From NCBI GenBank assembly GCA_021399345.1, contig JAAFKI010000136.1:1-38489 (forward strand): DNA of 38,489 bases, given 5' to 3'. Below are positions 27,601 to 36,153 of this stretch, piece after piece. Each line of letters starts with the position of its first letter. The stretch's first letter is position 1. A model generated the notes under the pieces. The model saw nothing but the letters and a program-made list of their open reading frames with translations, made no database searches and was not told the DNA's origin. The DNA comes from Candidatus Heimdallarchaeota archaeon. GTDB lineage: Archaea > Asgardarchaeota > Heimdallarchaeia > Heimdallarchaeales > Heimdallarchaeaceae. A program made the position numbers and the translations under genes.

Positions 27601-28355
27601 ACACCTATACAACTTGAAAGATAATCACTGAAGTAGTAATTCCAAATGATGTCTCCTTCTCCATTGAAGCAGAATAAAGATCTACCATGTGTAACAATAA
27701 TCTCACTTACACCATCAGCATTTATATCAATTGCACAAGGTTCTCCTGTTTTACCTGATATGCTGAAAGTGTGTTGCCATTGAAGTTCTCCCTCATTTGA
27801 GATACAAAAGAGACCATCCCAATGAGTACTAGTGATAATTTCCATTAATTTGTCTCCATCAACATCAGCAACACATGGTGCTGTGAAAAGAGAATTATCA
27901 TCTGATCTAGTATAATCCCACTTATAGGAACTATCGTGATTCATGACATATATCTGTCCTGATAAAGCATAAATTATTTCCACATAATTGTCATTATCAA
28001 TATCTGCAACAACACAAGAGGATTGAGAACTAGACGCCAAAGTGGATTTTGACCATTTTAATTCTCCAGTGTTGCTGAGACAAATGCCTGTGGTCAGGAT
28101 TTCTTGTACACCATCTCGGTCAATATCTATGATGCATGGAGTTTCAGAACTCCATTCCAAAGGATAAACCCATTCTATCTGGAAAAGTATATTGCTAAAA
28201 TCAATATCAATTGAATAATTCATTGAATTATCAGAAGTCATAGCTTCAGTTGAAGAATTCCAAAAAATCATACAAACAATTGTAAAAACTAAAAAACCCG
28301 TTATTATTTTACTTTTAAATCCCTTGACCATTTCAACCACTTTTACTTTTTGCAA
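24681..28355 (-). CDS. Membrane-anchored surface protein: FG-GAP/VCBS beta-propeller, TSP3-like Ca-binding repeats, TM and cytoplasmic tail
   Basis: Signal-like N-terminus (ATG 28331 may be the true start); 8 DxDxDGxxEI-type repeats; 24 DxDxDxxx[DN]xxE repeats; TM WYLLCCLILLPLWAGICYSCVLIW. Confidence 0.88.
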   Translation of the reverse strand: MQKVKVVEMVKGFKSKIITGFLVFTIVCMIFWNSSTEAMTSDNSMNYSIDIDFSNILFQIEWVYPLEWSSETPCIIDIDRDGVQEILTTGICLSNTGELKWSKSTLASSSQSSCVVADIDNDNYVEIIYALSGQIYVMNHDSSYKWDYTRSDDNSLFTAPCVADVDGDKLMEIITSTHWDGLFCISNEGELQWQHTFSISGKTGEPCAIDINADGVSEIIVTHGRSLFCFNGEGDIIWNYYFSDYLSSCIGVANFDYVSDTLEIVTTSDSNIYCLSSVGTLLWSQALNYGIYDNPIIADVNSDGSMDIILCSDSGMVYHFTNLGIKKFGLNVKETLIGTPIAVDLNNDGSLEILVVTKNNQLKIISEFGLELLTYNFHSTIRSSVLVTDLDGNNKIELLAICENDYLYCWEIFGIPVNGMQRILAYNGGPARTRTIDSDGDYLDDTSELVLGTSATSPDTDSDNIPDGMEVYVHHTNCKSNDTDEDQISDYDEVNIYKTSPTTNDTDSDKLSDWDELFIYNTNPRKADSDNDFINDWWEIKYNLNPLRYDSYEDIDNDKLTNLTEFVHNTHPNCSDTDSDLIDDYWEICNFLDPLNNDSMEDPDADMLTNFEEYTYKTNPQNNDTDFDTLSDYDEVYIYPTNPLLADSDFDNLSDAEEIIIYGTNPVLEDTDQDLILDWWEVQNNLDPFVNDSMEDFDSDGLNNFDEYVYGTNPHSNDTDSDLMDDLYEIENNLNPFDDDSQKDKDFDGLTNIEEYLYNTDPSCEDSDHDTLLDGDEVKVHSTNPLSKDSDSDFMSDGFEVDMGLNPLLNDSFYDYDNDTLINLVEYQHNTNPFSSDSDEDGLPDSWEVAYSLNPNYSNTYSDPDGDGLKNISEYKQGTHPKWYDTDHDTLPDGYEIENFLNPLVAEGDQDEDKDYLRNTMEYVYKTDPHKVDTDEDGLSDYMETKVYHTRPLKADTDKDTLTDGWEVEHGTNPLVADAYEDPDRDGIANIREFGLGKHPNKWDNWYLLCCLILLPLWAGICYSCVLIWRILKKYYFARKLGYFTHKEHMIATDFGFSHGYDYHFAQEHGFSTKEQWNNAISNGYSSFDDWIASNISGFPAIDFQLKAELLGFDNFFVFLTTLKRDLRRYKYRTNRLTSIVVDLESNTTTNLRRLKRFHKSMVRYIRDIIETHDRLVLYTNVPTGDIDLSKDLRNEIERGVIWLDRSRKAMLILRKKLTKLNIL
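25377..27047 (-). repeat. 24 intragenic TSP3-like / EF-loop-like repeats (about 22-26 aa each)
   Basis: Counted by eye from DSDGDYLDDTSE to DPDRDGIANIRE; most units are followed by a T/L-N/D-P turn. Confidence 0.88.
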
Positions 28356-28883
28356 GAGTAAGAATGCCTATTATCAATGTCCAATATTATCCTCCATATC
28401 AGTAATTTAGCAAACCGTTCCTTTTGTAATATTCTACTCTCTTCTTAGTCCTATAATTGAGAGTTAAAACATTTATAACTTTTAATGCATCATTCTTATT
28501 GCCGGAAAATTTAACAGAGTAAGGCATATAAGTGCATGAGCCTAACACATTGGAAAAACGATGATTGGAATGGCATCTATCCCAATTATTAGATTGACTA
28601 AATGACTGATTTTCAAGACAAAGGTAGGGCTTATATCTCATCATATCAAAATAACGATATATTACTTATAAGTGTTTGGTTTTTTGAGGTTATCATATTA
28701 GACTAAATCTAATTCATCAGGCATGCTAAATTTGAACATAAATCAATAGTTACTTGAAAAAATCTCATGACAAAATAGGAAAATTCCTTCAATACCTTTT
28801 GCACTCCCTCAGATGTGAAAATCAGTGAACTTTCTGGTTTTTCAATAGAAGTTTAGATAAAAAGGATAAAAAAATAGGATTGT

Positions 28884-30569
28884 TTAGGATTCTTCAATCT
28901 TCTCTTTTAGTTCATCAAGCTCTTTTGTTTTCTCATCAATATCTTCTTTAATGGATTTAATTTCACTGTCCAAATCATCTATATCAATGTTGATTTTGCT
29001 AGCTTTCTTGTATTCTTCTTCATGATCAATGCTTGAGGTGAGTGATTTCTGAATGTCCAGTTCAACATCTAGTTCTTTGTATAGAACTTCTAGTTGTTTA
29101 TTCTTAAGCTCAAATTCCTTTTGAGATCTAGTAAGAAACCGTTTTTCATTTTCCATATCTTCAAGAAGTTCTGTTAATTCTTGTTGGGTCTTCTCTAGCT
29201 TCGCAAGATCTTCTTTCATGCAGTCATGACAATAATCAATATCTTTCTCGATTTTTTCTAATTCTTTCTCAATCTTCTTTCTCTTTTTCTCATCATGCTC
29301 TGCATCGAGTTGTGCTTTTAATTCACTCTTCTTTTGCTTATTTTCTTCAAGTTGATTTTCGAGTTCAGCAATATTTACATGAAGCTCTAGCTTGTCTTTA
29401 TCTATTTTTTCAATTTGTTTTTCAGTCTTTTCAATTTTAGATTTGAGATCATCCATTTCCTTATTTTTGTCTTCAGATTTTTCTTTTTGCTGATTGATCT
29501 GTTCCTTCAGATTTTCTATTTCTTGCCCAATTTCCGCTAGCCTATCAACATCCTTCTTTGTGTCAACTGTTTCTTTTAGTACCTGTTCCTTCTCCATCTT
29601 AGTTTCTAAGTCCTTGTATAGCTCTTGAATTGTGAGTTTTTTCTTCTCTTTTTCTTCAATGATTTCGTTTCTTCTGACATTATCCTCTTCAAATTTAGTT
29701 TTGAGATTCTTCTGTTCTTCTTGCTTTTCAGCTACTTCAAGCTGTGAATTTTCACATTGCTCTTCTAGATCTATAATTTCCTTAGAAATTTCTGTTATTT
29801 TTTCTTCATCCCTCTGATCTTCCTCTTCTTTCTCTAGAAGTTCTTTCTTCTCGATTTTGTCCTTAAGCCTTTTATCTAGGGCTTTGACATTTTCTCGTTT
29901 AAGTCTGAGCTCCTTCTTTACAAGATCTTGCATCACTTCTTCAGAACTTATTTTCTCTTCGATTTTTTCTATTGCTTCTTCTCTTGCATCCCTATCCATC
30001 TCTGATCTCTTAATTGCAGCAGTTAGTTCATCAATTTCTTTTTCGATTTTTTCTATTTCTTTGATATCATCAGAGGAAGCTTCTATTAAGATGTTTAACT
30101 CTCTCTGCTTCTGCATCTTCTCTTCCTTGTCTTCAATGAGTTTCTTAAGTTCTCTTTCACTGAAACGGATTTCACTTTCAATAAGTTCGATTCTTCCTAT
30201 GTCTATGAGTTTTCCAATTTTAGTGATGTATTTCTTAATCGAATCTATTTGCAGTTCTCCTTTTTCTAAAGATTTTCTGAAGAATAAAGCTAAATTAGTA
30301 TTCTCTCCAATTTTGATTATTAATACATCGATATCTTCAGTGTCAAAGAGAAGTTGATGATATCGACTGAATTTATAATTCGATAAATCATACAACTTTT
30401 TAAAAGTTAAAAGAATATTAGCAAACTCTTCACCAACTTTAGGGATGTTTACTGACTCCTCAAATTGTTCAAAAGTTGTTTGATAGACAGTACCATCATT
30501 ATAGAACATAACAATATGTTCAACTTCTGGAAGTGCTCTTTTTATCCTTTCTAATGTTTTTATTATCAT
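28884..30569 (-). CDS. Roadblock/profilin-like N-terminal domain fused to a long repetitive coiled coil
   Basis: aa 1-124 follow a helix - beta hairpin (HIVMFYNDGTVY) - helix - three strands - helix pattern; aa ~126-561 are E/K-rich heptads. Confidence 0.72.
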   Translation of the reverse strand: MIIKTLERIKRALPEVEHIVMFYNDGTVYQTTFEQFEESVNIPKVGEEFANILLTFKKLYDLSNYKFSRYHQLLFDTEDIDVLIIKIGENTNLALFFRKSLEKGELQIDSIKKYITKIGKLIDIGRIELIESEIRFSERELKKLIEDKEEKMQKQRELNILIEASSDDIKEIEKIEKEIDELTAAIKRSEMDRDAREEAIEKIEEKISSEEVMQDLVKKELRLKRENVKALDKRLKDKIEKKELLEKEEEDQRDEEKITEISKEIIDLEEQCENSQLEVAEKQEEQKNLKTKFEEDNVRRNEIIEEKEKKKLTIQELYKDLETKMEKEQVLKETVDTKKDVDRLAEIGQEIENLKEQINQQKEKSEDKNKEMDDLKSKIEKTEKQIEKIDKDKLELHVNIAELENQLEENKQKKSELKAQLDAEHDEKKRKKIEKELEKIEKDIDYCHDCMKEDLAKLEKTQQELTELLEDMENEKRFLTRSQKEFELKNKQLEVLYKELDVELDIQKSLTSSIDHEEEYKKASKINIDIDDLDSEIKSIKEDIDEKTKELDELKEKIEES

Positions 30570-30579
30570 GTTTATCCCA

Positions 30580-32028
30580 TTATGAAATTATTAATGATCT
30601 GAATTTGTTTACCCATTTATTCAAGTATGATTTAGTCTTGTCATTACCATACTTTGAAAATATAAAAACTATTCCAAGTGATGCAATTATGAAGATTAAA
30701 GGAATTAAACCTATAAGATAAGTTTGGGCGGAAAAGAAGGTGAAGTAGATAGAAACAAGAATCAATTGAATGATTGTAGTAGCAAAACCTAATTTCCAAA
30801 ATGTTTTGATTTTGATCGGACGATCGTGTTGTTCAGCAATATTAAAAACTAGAACATTGTCTCCTAAAGGAGTTAAATTATCGCCCCAGTTGGCTCCAAA
30901 AGCGAGCGCGTAGTAGTAGTAATTACTTCCAGAAGACATCTGAGTAACCACCGGTAACAGTACTTTTGTTATAGGGATGTTATCAATGAGTGCACTTAGA
31001 AATGCTCCAATCCAAATTATCATAAGAAACTGAAATACAGGATTACTACTTCCTAAACCGCTTAAAGCATTTCCAATAATATCAATGATTCCAACTACTT
31101 CCAAACCACCTGCTATAACAAAAATACCTAATAAGTACAGTATCAATTCTAAATCGATTTTCTTCATTATTTCCTTAGGTTTCAATCCATTAAATGTACT
31201 GAAAATCGTTAGAATCATTGCTATGGATAATGCTATTATATCGGGCGTTAGCTTATCTGAATTTACACTCACCAATAACACTATTAGGATTACCAATGAG
31301 CTCATGGATGCATAGAGAAGTCTTCTATTAGGAACAAAGTTCCAAACATTGAATTCTTCTAATGTGTCTACCATCCTTTTTCTAGGTTCTCGAAGTTCTT
31401 GTCTATATAGAAAAATGAAGAATCCAATTGTGACTACTGCCATTAATAATGAGAATAATCCAACATTGATAAAGAATTGATTGAAGCTGATATCTGAAGC
31501 TGTAACAATTAAAATGTTCGGAATCGATGAAATTGAGAAGAATGTTCCTCCTATGTTGACCATTATAGCTTCAGTGATGATGTACGGTGTAGGATCTATA
31601 TTCAGCATACGCGATATTGTAATCGTTAGAGGAATGAGTATCATTACTGTGAGTATGTTGTTGATAAGTGCTGAGAATATTACTGATAAAGTAGCCAAAA
31701 TTGCCATTAGAGCAATCGGTTTTCCTTTAGATATTTTTATTGCTAAGACTCCTAAGAACTGGAAAAGACCGGCTTCATCGGATATCTGTACTATAAACAT
31801 CATACCTAAAATCAAAATTAAGGCATGAAGGTTGACGAATTTATCTAAAGGAGTTCCAAACAAGAGATCGACGATTATATCAAATTCTTTTCCTTCTAAA
31901 AAAACCAAAACAAAATAGGTTATTACTGCAGCTGTTAAAGATGCTATAGCTCTATTTAGTTTGTTAGTAAACAATAAAATGATTACTGCTATAAAACAAA
32001 GCGAAATAATTATTTGACTAGCTAACAT
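30580..32028 (-). CDS. ArsB/NhaD/SLC13 (ion transporter superfamily) permease
   Basis: More than ten TM segments; LILGMM, SALINN, NIGG..ISSIPNILI, LSALIDNIP and GANWGDNLTPLG motifs; 10 bp upstream of the coiled-coil gene. Confidence 0.9.
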   Translation of the reverse strand: MLASQIIISLCFIAVIILLFTNKLNRAIASLTAAVITYFVLVFLEGKEFDIIVDLLFGTPLDKFVNLHALILILGMMFIVQISDEAGLFQFLGVLAIKISKGKPIALMAILATLSVIFSALINNILTVMILIPLTITISRMLNIDPTPYIITEAIMVNIGGTFFSISSIPNILIVTASDISFNQFFINVGLFSLLMAVVTIGFFIFLYRQELREPRKRMVDTLEEFNVWNFVPNRRLLYASMSSLVILIVLLVSVNSDKLTPDIIALSIAMILTIFSTFNGLKPKEIMKKIDLELILYLLGIFVIAGGLEVVGIIDIIGNALSGLGSSNPVFQFLMIIWIGAFLSALIDNIPITKVLLPVVTQMSSGSNYYYYALAFGANWGDNLTPLGDNVLVFNIAEQHDRPIKIKTFWKLGFATTIIQLILVSIYFTFFSAQTYLIGLIPLIFIIASLGIVFIFSKYGNDKTKSYLNKWVNKFRSLIIS

Positions 32029-32202
32029 CTTTAATCTCCAGAATAGTATTTTTGAAATATTTGTTTTTATATCTTTATTAATTCTCTTTGTTCAAGAGGG
32101 AGTTATAAAATATATCGAAATAACCTAAAATATTCAGAAGAAAGGATTTGTTCTAAAAATACAAAAGCTTAAATAGTGCTGATTTGCTCTAGCCCGTTCA
32201 AA

Positions 32203-33033
32203 ATGGCGGTAAAAACAGAAATTCTTGATTTTGAGCATATCAAAGTTATTAACTCCAAACCCCTTGAGAGTGAAAAAAAACCTCCTTTAGTATTCATTCA
32301 TGGAATGGGAAATACTACTAAATGTTGGGAATACAATTTTTTACCATTTTTTTCAGAAAAGGGATATGATTGTTACGCTCTAGATTTAAGTAACCATGGA
32401 AACAGTGGCTCAAAGAAGAAACTCAGGTGGACATCAATTAATGATTATGCTGAAGATGTCAGAATTGTAGTTGAGAATCTAGAACAAAAACCAATTTTAA
32501 TAGGTCATTCAATGGGAGGATTAACAGTTCAAAAATATGCTCAGAAGTATCCTGAGACGATAGAGAAATTTATTCTACTGGCTTCAACTTATAACAAAGG
32601 TATTTGGAAAACATTTGGAAAAACTCTTCTCACACAGACACCATCAGTTCTTAAGATTCTAGCAACCTTTGATCTTTATCCACTTTACAACACAACTAAA
32701 AAAACTCGAAAATGGTTATTTTCCAAAGAATTTCCTGAAGAGGACTTAATAGAGTTTTTTGAAACTGTCGAACATGAATCATTCAGAGCGTTTCTTGATT
32801 GCCTGTTTATGAAACCAATTAAGAAAAAACCACAAACTCCACCTATATTAGTTTTAGGTGCAGAGCATGACGCTTTCTTTTCTCCCAAATCTTACAAGAA
32901 ATCTTTTTCAAAAAGATATTCTACTGTGGTGGAAATTTTTCCAGATAAGTATCATCATATGATGATGGGAAAAGGATGGGAGAAAGTAGCAAAAAGAATC
33001 AAAACTTGGATCTCCGTTGGAGTTGTCAACTAA
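32203..33033 (+). CDS. Alpha/beta hydrolase (lysophospholipase-like)
   Basis: FIHGMG, LDLSNHGNS, GHSMGG, LGAEHD and HHMM motifs. ATG 32203 preferred over GTG 32176. Confidence 0.9.
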   Translation: MAVKTEILDFEHIKVINSKPLESEKKPPLVFIHGMGNTTKCWEYNFLPFFSEKGYDCYALDLSNHGNSGSKKKLRWTSINDYAEDVRIVVENLEQKPILIGHSMGGLTVQKYAQKYPETIEKFILLASTYNKGIWKTFGKTLLTQTPSVLKILATFDLYPLYNTTKKTRKWLFSKEFPEEDLIEFFETVEHESFRAFLDCLFMKPIKKKPQTPPILVLGAEHDAFFSPKSYKKSFSKRYSTVVEIFPDKYHHMMMGKGWEKVAKRIKTWISVGVVN

Positions 33034-33079
33034 CTGGAATTTTCCTAAAATCAATATCATCTTTCAGTGCGAATCCACC

Positions 33080-34375
33080 TTATTTAATCAACAGTATTCG
33101 TTCATTTGGTGGATACAACCATTCAACGCCTTTCTCAGTGACAATTGCATCATCTTCTATGTTAAAACGTACTTTTCTACCGTCCCAGTCAGGGTTAGGC
33201 GTATAGGCAATAAATTCAAATGCAAATAGATTATTTTTTTTGATAACCAAATGTGAACGATCTAGACGAAATCCTGCTATTGAGGGACCAGATGCCACCT
33301 CACTATTTCCAGTATTTCCCACACAATGACAATCTATCGAAATTTCTGTTTTTCCAGGATATTCTTGATTTTCTTCAGGGTCTAAACTAGGTCCTCCTCC
33401 TAGCATTGGGTCAACTGTTAGATGAATATACTCAAAACCAGCATCTTCGAGAGCTTGTTCAATTTTCTTCAAAGTTTCACCTGCTGTCTGACCTACCCTA
33501 ATATTTGATTTAATAACTTCACGAGCTTCTAATGCTCTGTCCCATCCAAACTGAATACCCGAAGGTACAGAAGTTTTCCCTTCTTTTAATACATAAGCAA
33601 CACGTTTGAAATCTGTTCCAAGGTTCATATGACTGATTCCGTAGTCATATTGCATAAGATCTCCACGCTGGATAACATACTTACTTAACCTGTATTCTGA
33701 CTTATCTGATTTCTCAGAATGGATTATCATTGGAGTAGCAAGATCGAAAGTAGAACTCATTCCAAGAGCTATGAGTTGATCTTCCATCCACCAGCCTACA
33801 TCTTCCAATGATGTCTCACCAGGTGTTATAACTTCATCAGATAAAGCTCTTTCCAGAAGCTGTCTAGTAGTTTCGCATAATTCTGAGTAAACTTCAATTT
33901 CAATTGGAACTCTTCTAGTTCTGAAATCAGTAATAACCATTTCAGCTGAAACGATTCTTTTCGAAAACTTTTCACCCAAAACTGAAGTAAGTTTTTGATA
34001 TTCTGAATGTGAAAGCCCGTTAGCAACTGCAATCCAATCTGATATATTTACTGCTATGTGTTGAGGATTTCTTTCAGAAACAAACTCTTGCAATTCATCT
34101 TCATGTTTAAAAATATCATACACTTCTAATGGTTGAAGGTCCCCCTCATATCCACCTAATACTGCTCGCTCGATCCTATCTTTTCCTAGATCAGTGAAAA
34201 CGAAGTATCCATTATCTCCTCCTAGGTCAATGTTAAGTGGATCAGGATTTCCTTCTCTCATTACATGAATCCACATGTCAATATTATTTTCTCTCATAGC
34301 AATTGGTAAAACTTTTTCAAACTTTTCTTCACGGATTATTTTTAAAGATTCCCATCTAGATTGAGCACTTTTCAT
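33080..34375 (-). CDS. M24 family (Xaa-Pro aminopeptidase-like) metallopeptidase
   Basis: REGNPDP, GDLMQYDYG, TDFKRVAY, HCVG, FAFE and IEDD metal-ligand pattern. Confidence 0.85.
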   Translation of the reverse strand: MKSAQSRWESLKIIREEKFEKVLPIAMRENNIDMWIHVMREGNPDPLNIDLGGDNGYFVFTDLGKDRIERAVLGGYEGDLQPLEVYDIFKHEDELQEFVSERNPQHIAVNISDWIAVANGLSHSEYQKLTSVLGEKFSKRIVSAEMVITDFRTRRVPIEIEVYSELCETTRQLLERALSDEVITPGETSLEDVGWWMEDQLIALGMSSTFDLATPMIIHSEKSDKSEYRLSKYVIQRGDLMQYDYGISHMNLGTDFKRVAYVLKEGKTSVPSGIQFGWDRALEAREVIKSNIRVGQTAGETLKKIEQALEDAGFEYIHLTVDPMLGGGPSLDPEENQEYPGKTEISIDCHCVGNTGNSEVASGPSIAGFRLDRSHLVIKKNNLFAFEFIAYTPNPDWDGRKVRFNIEDDAIVTEKGVEWLYPPNERILLIK

Positions 34376-34499
34376 AAACTAACATCCTTTGAAGTTATCT
34401 TTGTTTATTGTATTAAATATGTTTCACAATATTTTGGTTGATTTCATAGGATTTGATGGTTTCCCAAAAGATTTATGAATTTTACTCGAATAAATTCTT

Positions 34500-34976
34500 A
34501 TGACATCTATAATTGAAGCAATCAATATAGAGATGCAAGCAGTATTTAAAATGCTTAAAGATGCTACTTCTAGAATTGAAGGAGATTTCTGGAAAAAGAG
34601 TGAAAATAAATGGATGTATGGATATACTCTTTTTCATGCCATAGAGGCAATAGAGTACTATATGTCTGATTCACCAGAGGAATGGGTACCCTTAAGTGAA
34701 GTTTCTGCTAATTCTGAGGAAAAAGAAACAGAAACTTTGAAAAATAAAAATAGACAATTTTTTGAGAATTACCTTCTAAAAGTTGAGTCAAAAACATTTG
34801 AAGTTCTTGGGAAATTAGATGATAAAGATTTGTTGGAGAAAGATGGATTTTCAAAAAGAGGATTTACATCAAGATTACATAAATACTCATATGTTATTAG
34901 ACATGCAATGGTTCATGTAGGAGAACTTTCAAAGACTTTGCGAAGTCTTGGGATGAAAAGTATAAAGTGGGAATAG
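34500..34976 (+). CDS. DinB family protein
   Basis: Four-helix pattern with His triad LFHAIE ... RHAMVHVGEL. Confidence 0.82.
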   Translation: MTSIIEAINIEMQAVFKMLKDATSRIEGDFWKKSENKWMYGYTLFHAIEAIEYYMSDSPEEWVPLSEVSANSEEKETETLKNKNRQFFENYLLKVESKTFEVLGKLDDKDLLEKDGFSKRGFTSRLHKYSYVIRHAMVHVGELSKTLRSLGMKSIKWE

Positions 34977-34996
34977 AATTAGTTTCAAAACATCAT

Positions 34997-35986
34997 TTAC
35001 TGTGGAGAAGAAAGAGGATATAAGTCAACAGAACCAGCATCTCCCGCGATTTCATAAGTACTATTCAATCCTAGGTTTGACCAATAATTACCTTCTAAAA
35101 GCAACACACTATACCATGTGTTATTAACCCCAGAATCTGATGCTTGAGATATGCTACCTATATTATTATCTAAAAATGAATTGTGGAAAATTTCTATAAA
35201 CATCGCATCATAATAAAGCTTAATTGCATGATTTGTGCAATTCAAGAAGGTATTTTCAGTTACAAATATATAATTTCCTTTGCCAATCAACAAACCAGGT
35301 CGATTGCCAGATATCACGTTGTTGGTGATATTCAAATAGTCTGAATCAGTAATCCCAATACCTTCTAACAGATTCTCTTCTATAGTTAGATTTCTACATT
35401 TATAGATTTCTAAACCTATGTTTCTATGTTCAGTTGATACAGTATTATCTGAAAAAGATGAGTTATACACTTCTGCAAAAATCATACCCCAAGACTTCCC
35501 TTCAAAAGTATTATTTGCAACATCGATATTACAAGCAATCCATATCTCGAAAAAGAGTGTAGTACAAAATCCGTCTAATCCTATATAATGATCTACACCA
35601 AAGAACGAATTATTTCTAATTTTTATTGATCCTCCTCTTAAACTCCCTACTGATATTGCAGTTGCACCTCCTATGAGGCTGCAGTTTTCGATAACTACAT
35701 GATAGCTTGTATTTGAAATTTCAATTAACTGATATGCCTCACGAATACGTCTATTTCTAGTTCCAATTTCCAAATCAGCAATAACTATAGGATTCTCCTT
35801 GGAACCATTTCCTGGAAAATCATATTTTACAAAATCCTCATCACTTGTGATTTCAATAGTATTTCTCAATCTAGTAACAAGAAATATTGGAAGAAATCTA
35901 TCAATCAAGATTACAGGTACTAGAATTAGTAATATGATAAGAAGAACATATACTAGTTTCTTTACTCTCTTCTTATCTAATTTCAT
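34997..35986 (-). CDS. Membrane-anchored right-handed parallel beta-helix (NosD-like) protein
   Basis: N-terminal TM; I.ITSDEDF..Y.FPGNGSKENP.VI cap; repeated I..N.. rungs; C-terminal GNYWS..D.YPL. Confidence 0.85.
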   Translation of the reverse strand: MKLDKKRVKKLVYVLLIILLILVPVILIDRFLPIFLVTRLRNTIEITSDEDFVKYDFPGNGSKENPIVIADLEIGTRNRRIREAYQLIEISNTSYHVVIENCSLIGGATAISVGSLRGGSIKIRNNSFFGVDHYIGLDGFCTTLFFEIWIACNIDVANNTFEGKSWGMIFAEVYNSSFSDNTVSTEHRNIGLEIYKCRNLTIEENLLEGIGITDSDYLNITNNVISGNRPGLLIGKGNYIFVTENTFLNCTNHAIKLYYDAMFIEIFHNSFLDNNIGSISQASDSGVNNTWYSVLLLEGNYWSNLGLNSTYEIAGDAGSVDLYPLSSPQ

Positions 35987-36153
35987 TTTCCATAATAATA
36001 TCTCAAACTTTGATTAAATATTTTTCTGTAATTGATGGGTACCTTATTGGAAAGACCTTCCTTTTCGTATGCTCCCAACTATTAGTTTTGTCATCCTTCT
36101 CGTTAGAGGGGTTGATTCTATGTTCATGTAAATAGTACCCTTCTTGGAAGGCA

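Noticed and set aside
28399-28644. 81-aa minus-strand ORF in the ~530-bp gap upstream of the FG-GAP gene
   Set aside because: No motif and atypical composition; it likely overlaps the promoter of the surface-protein gene. A decayed gene cannot be excluded but is unsupported.
28884-30569. SMC/Rad50 or methyl-accepting chemotaxis protein
   Set aside because: No Walker A/B or signature motifs and no MCP hairpin signature. The single CHDC is not in a Rad50 hook context.
36037-36151. SECIS element (AUGA...AA...GA on the minus strand)
   Set aside because: The helix between AUGA and GA does not pair, and the upstream aminotransferase has no in-frame UGA.
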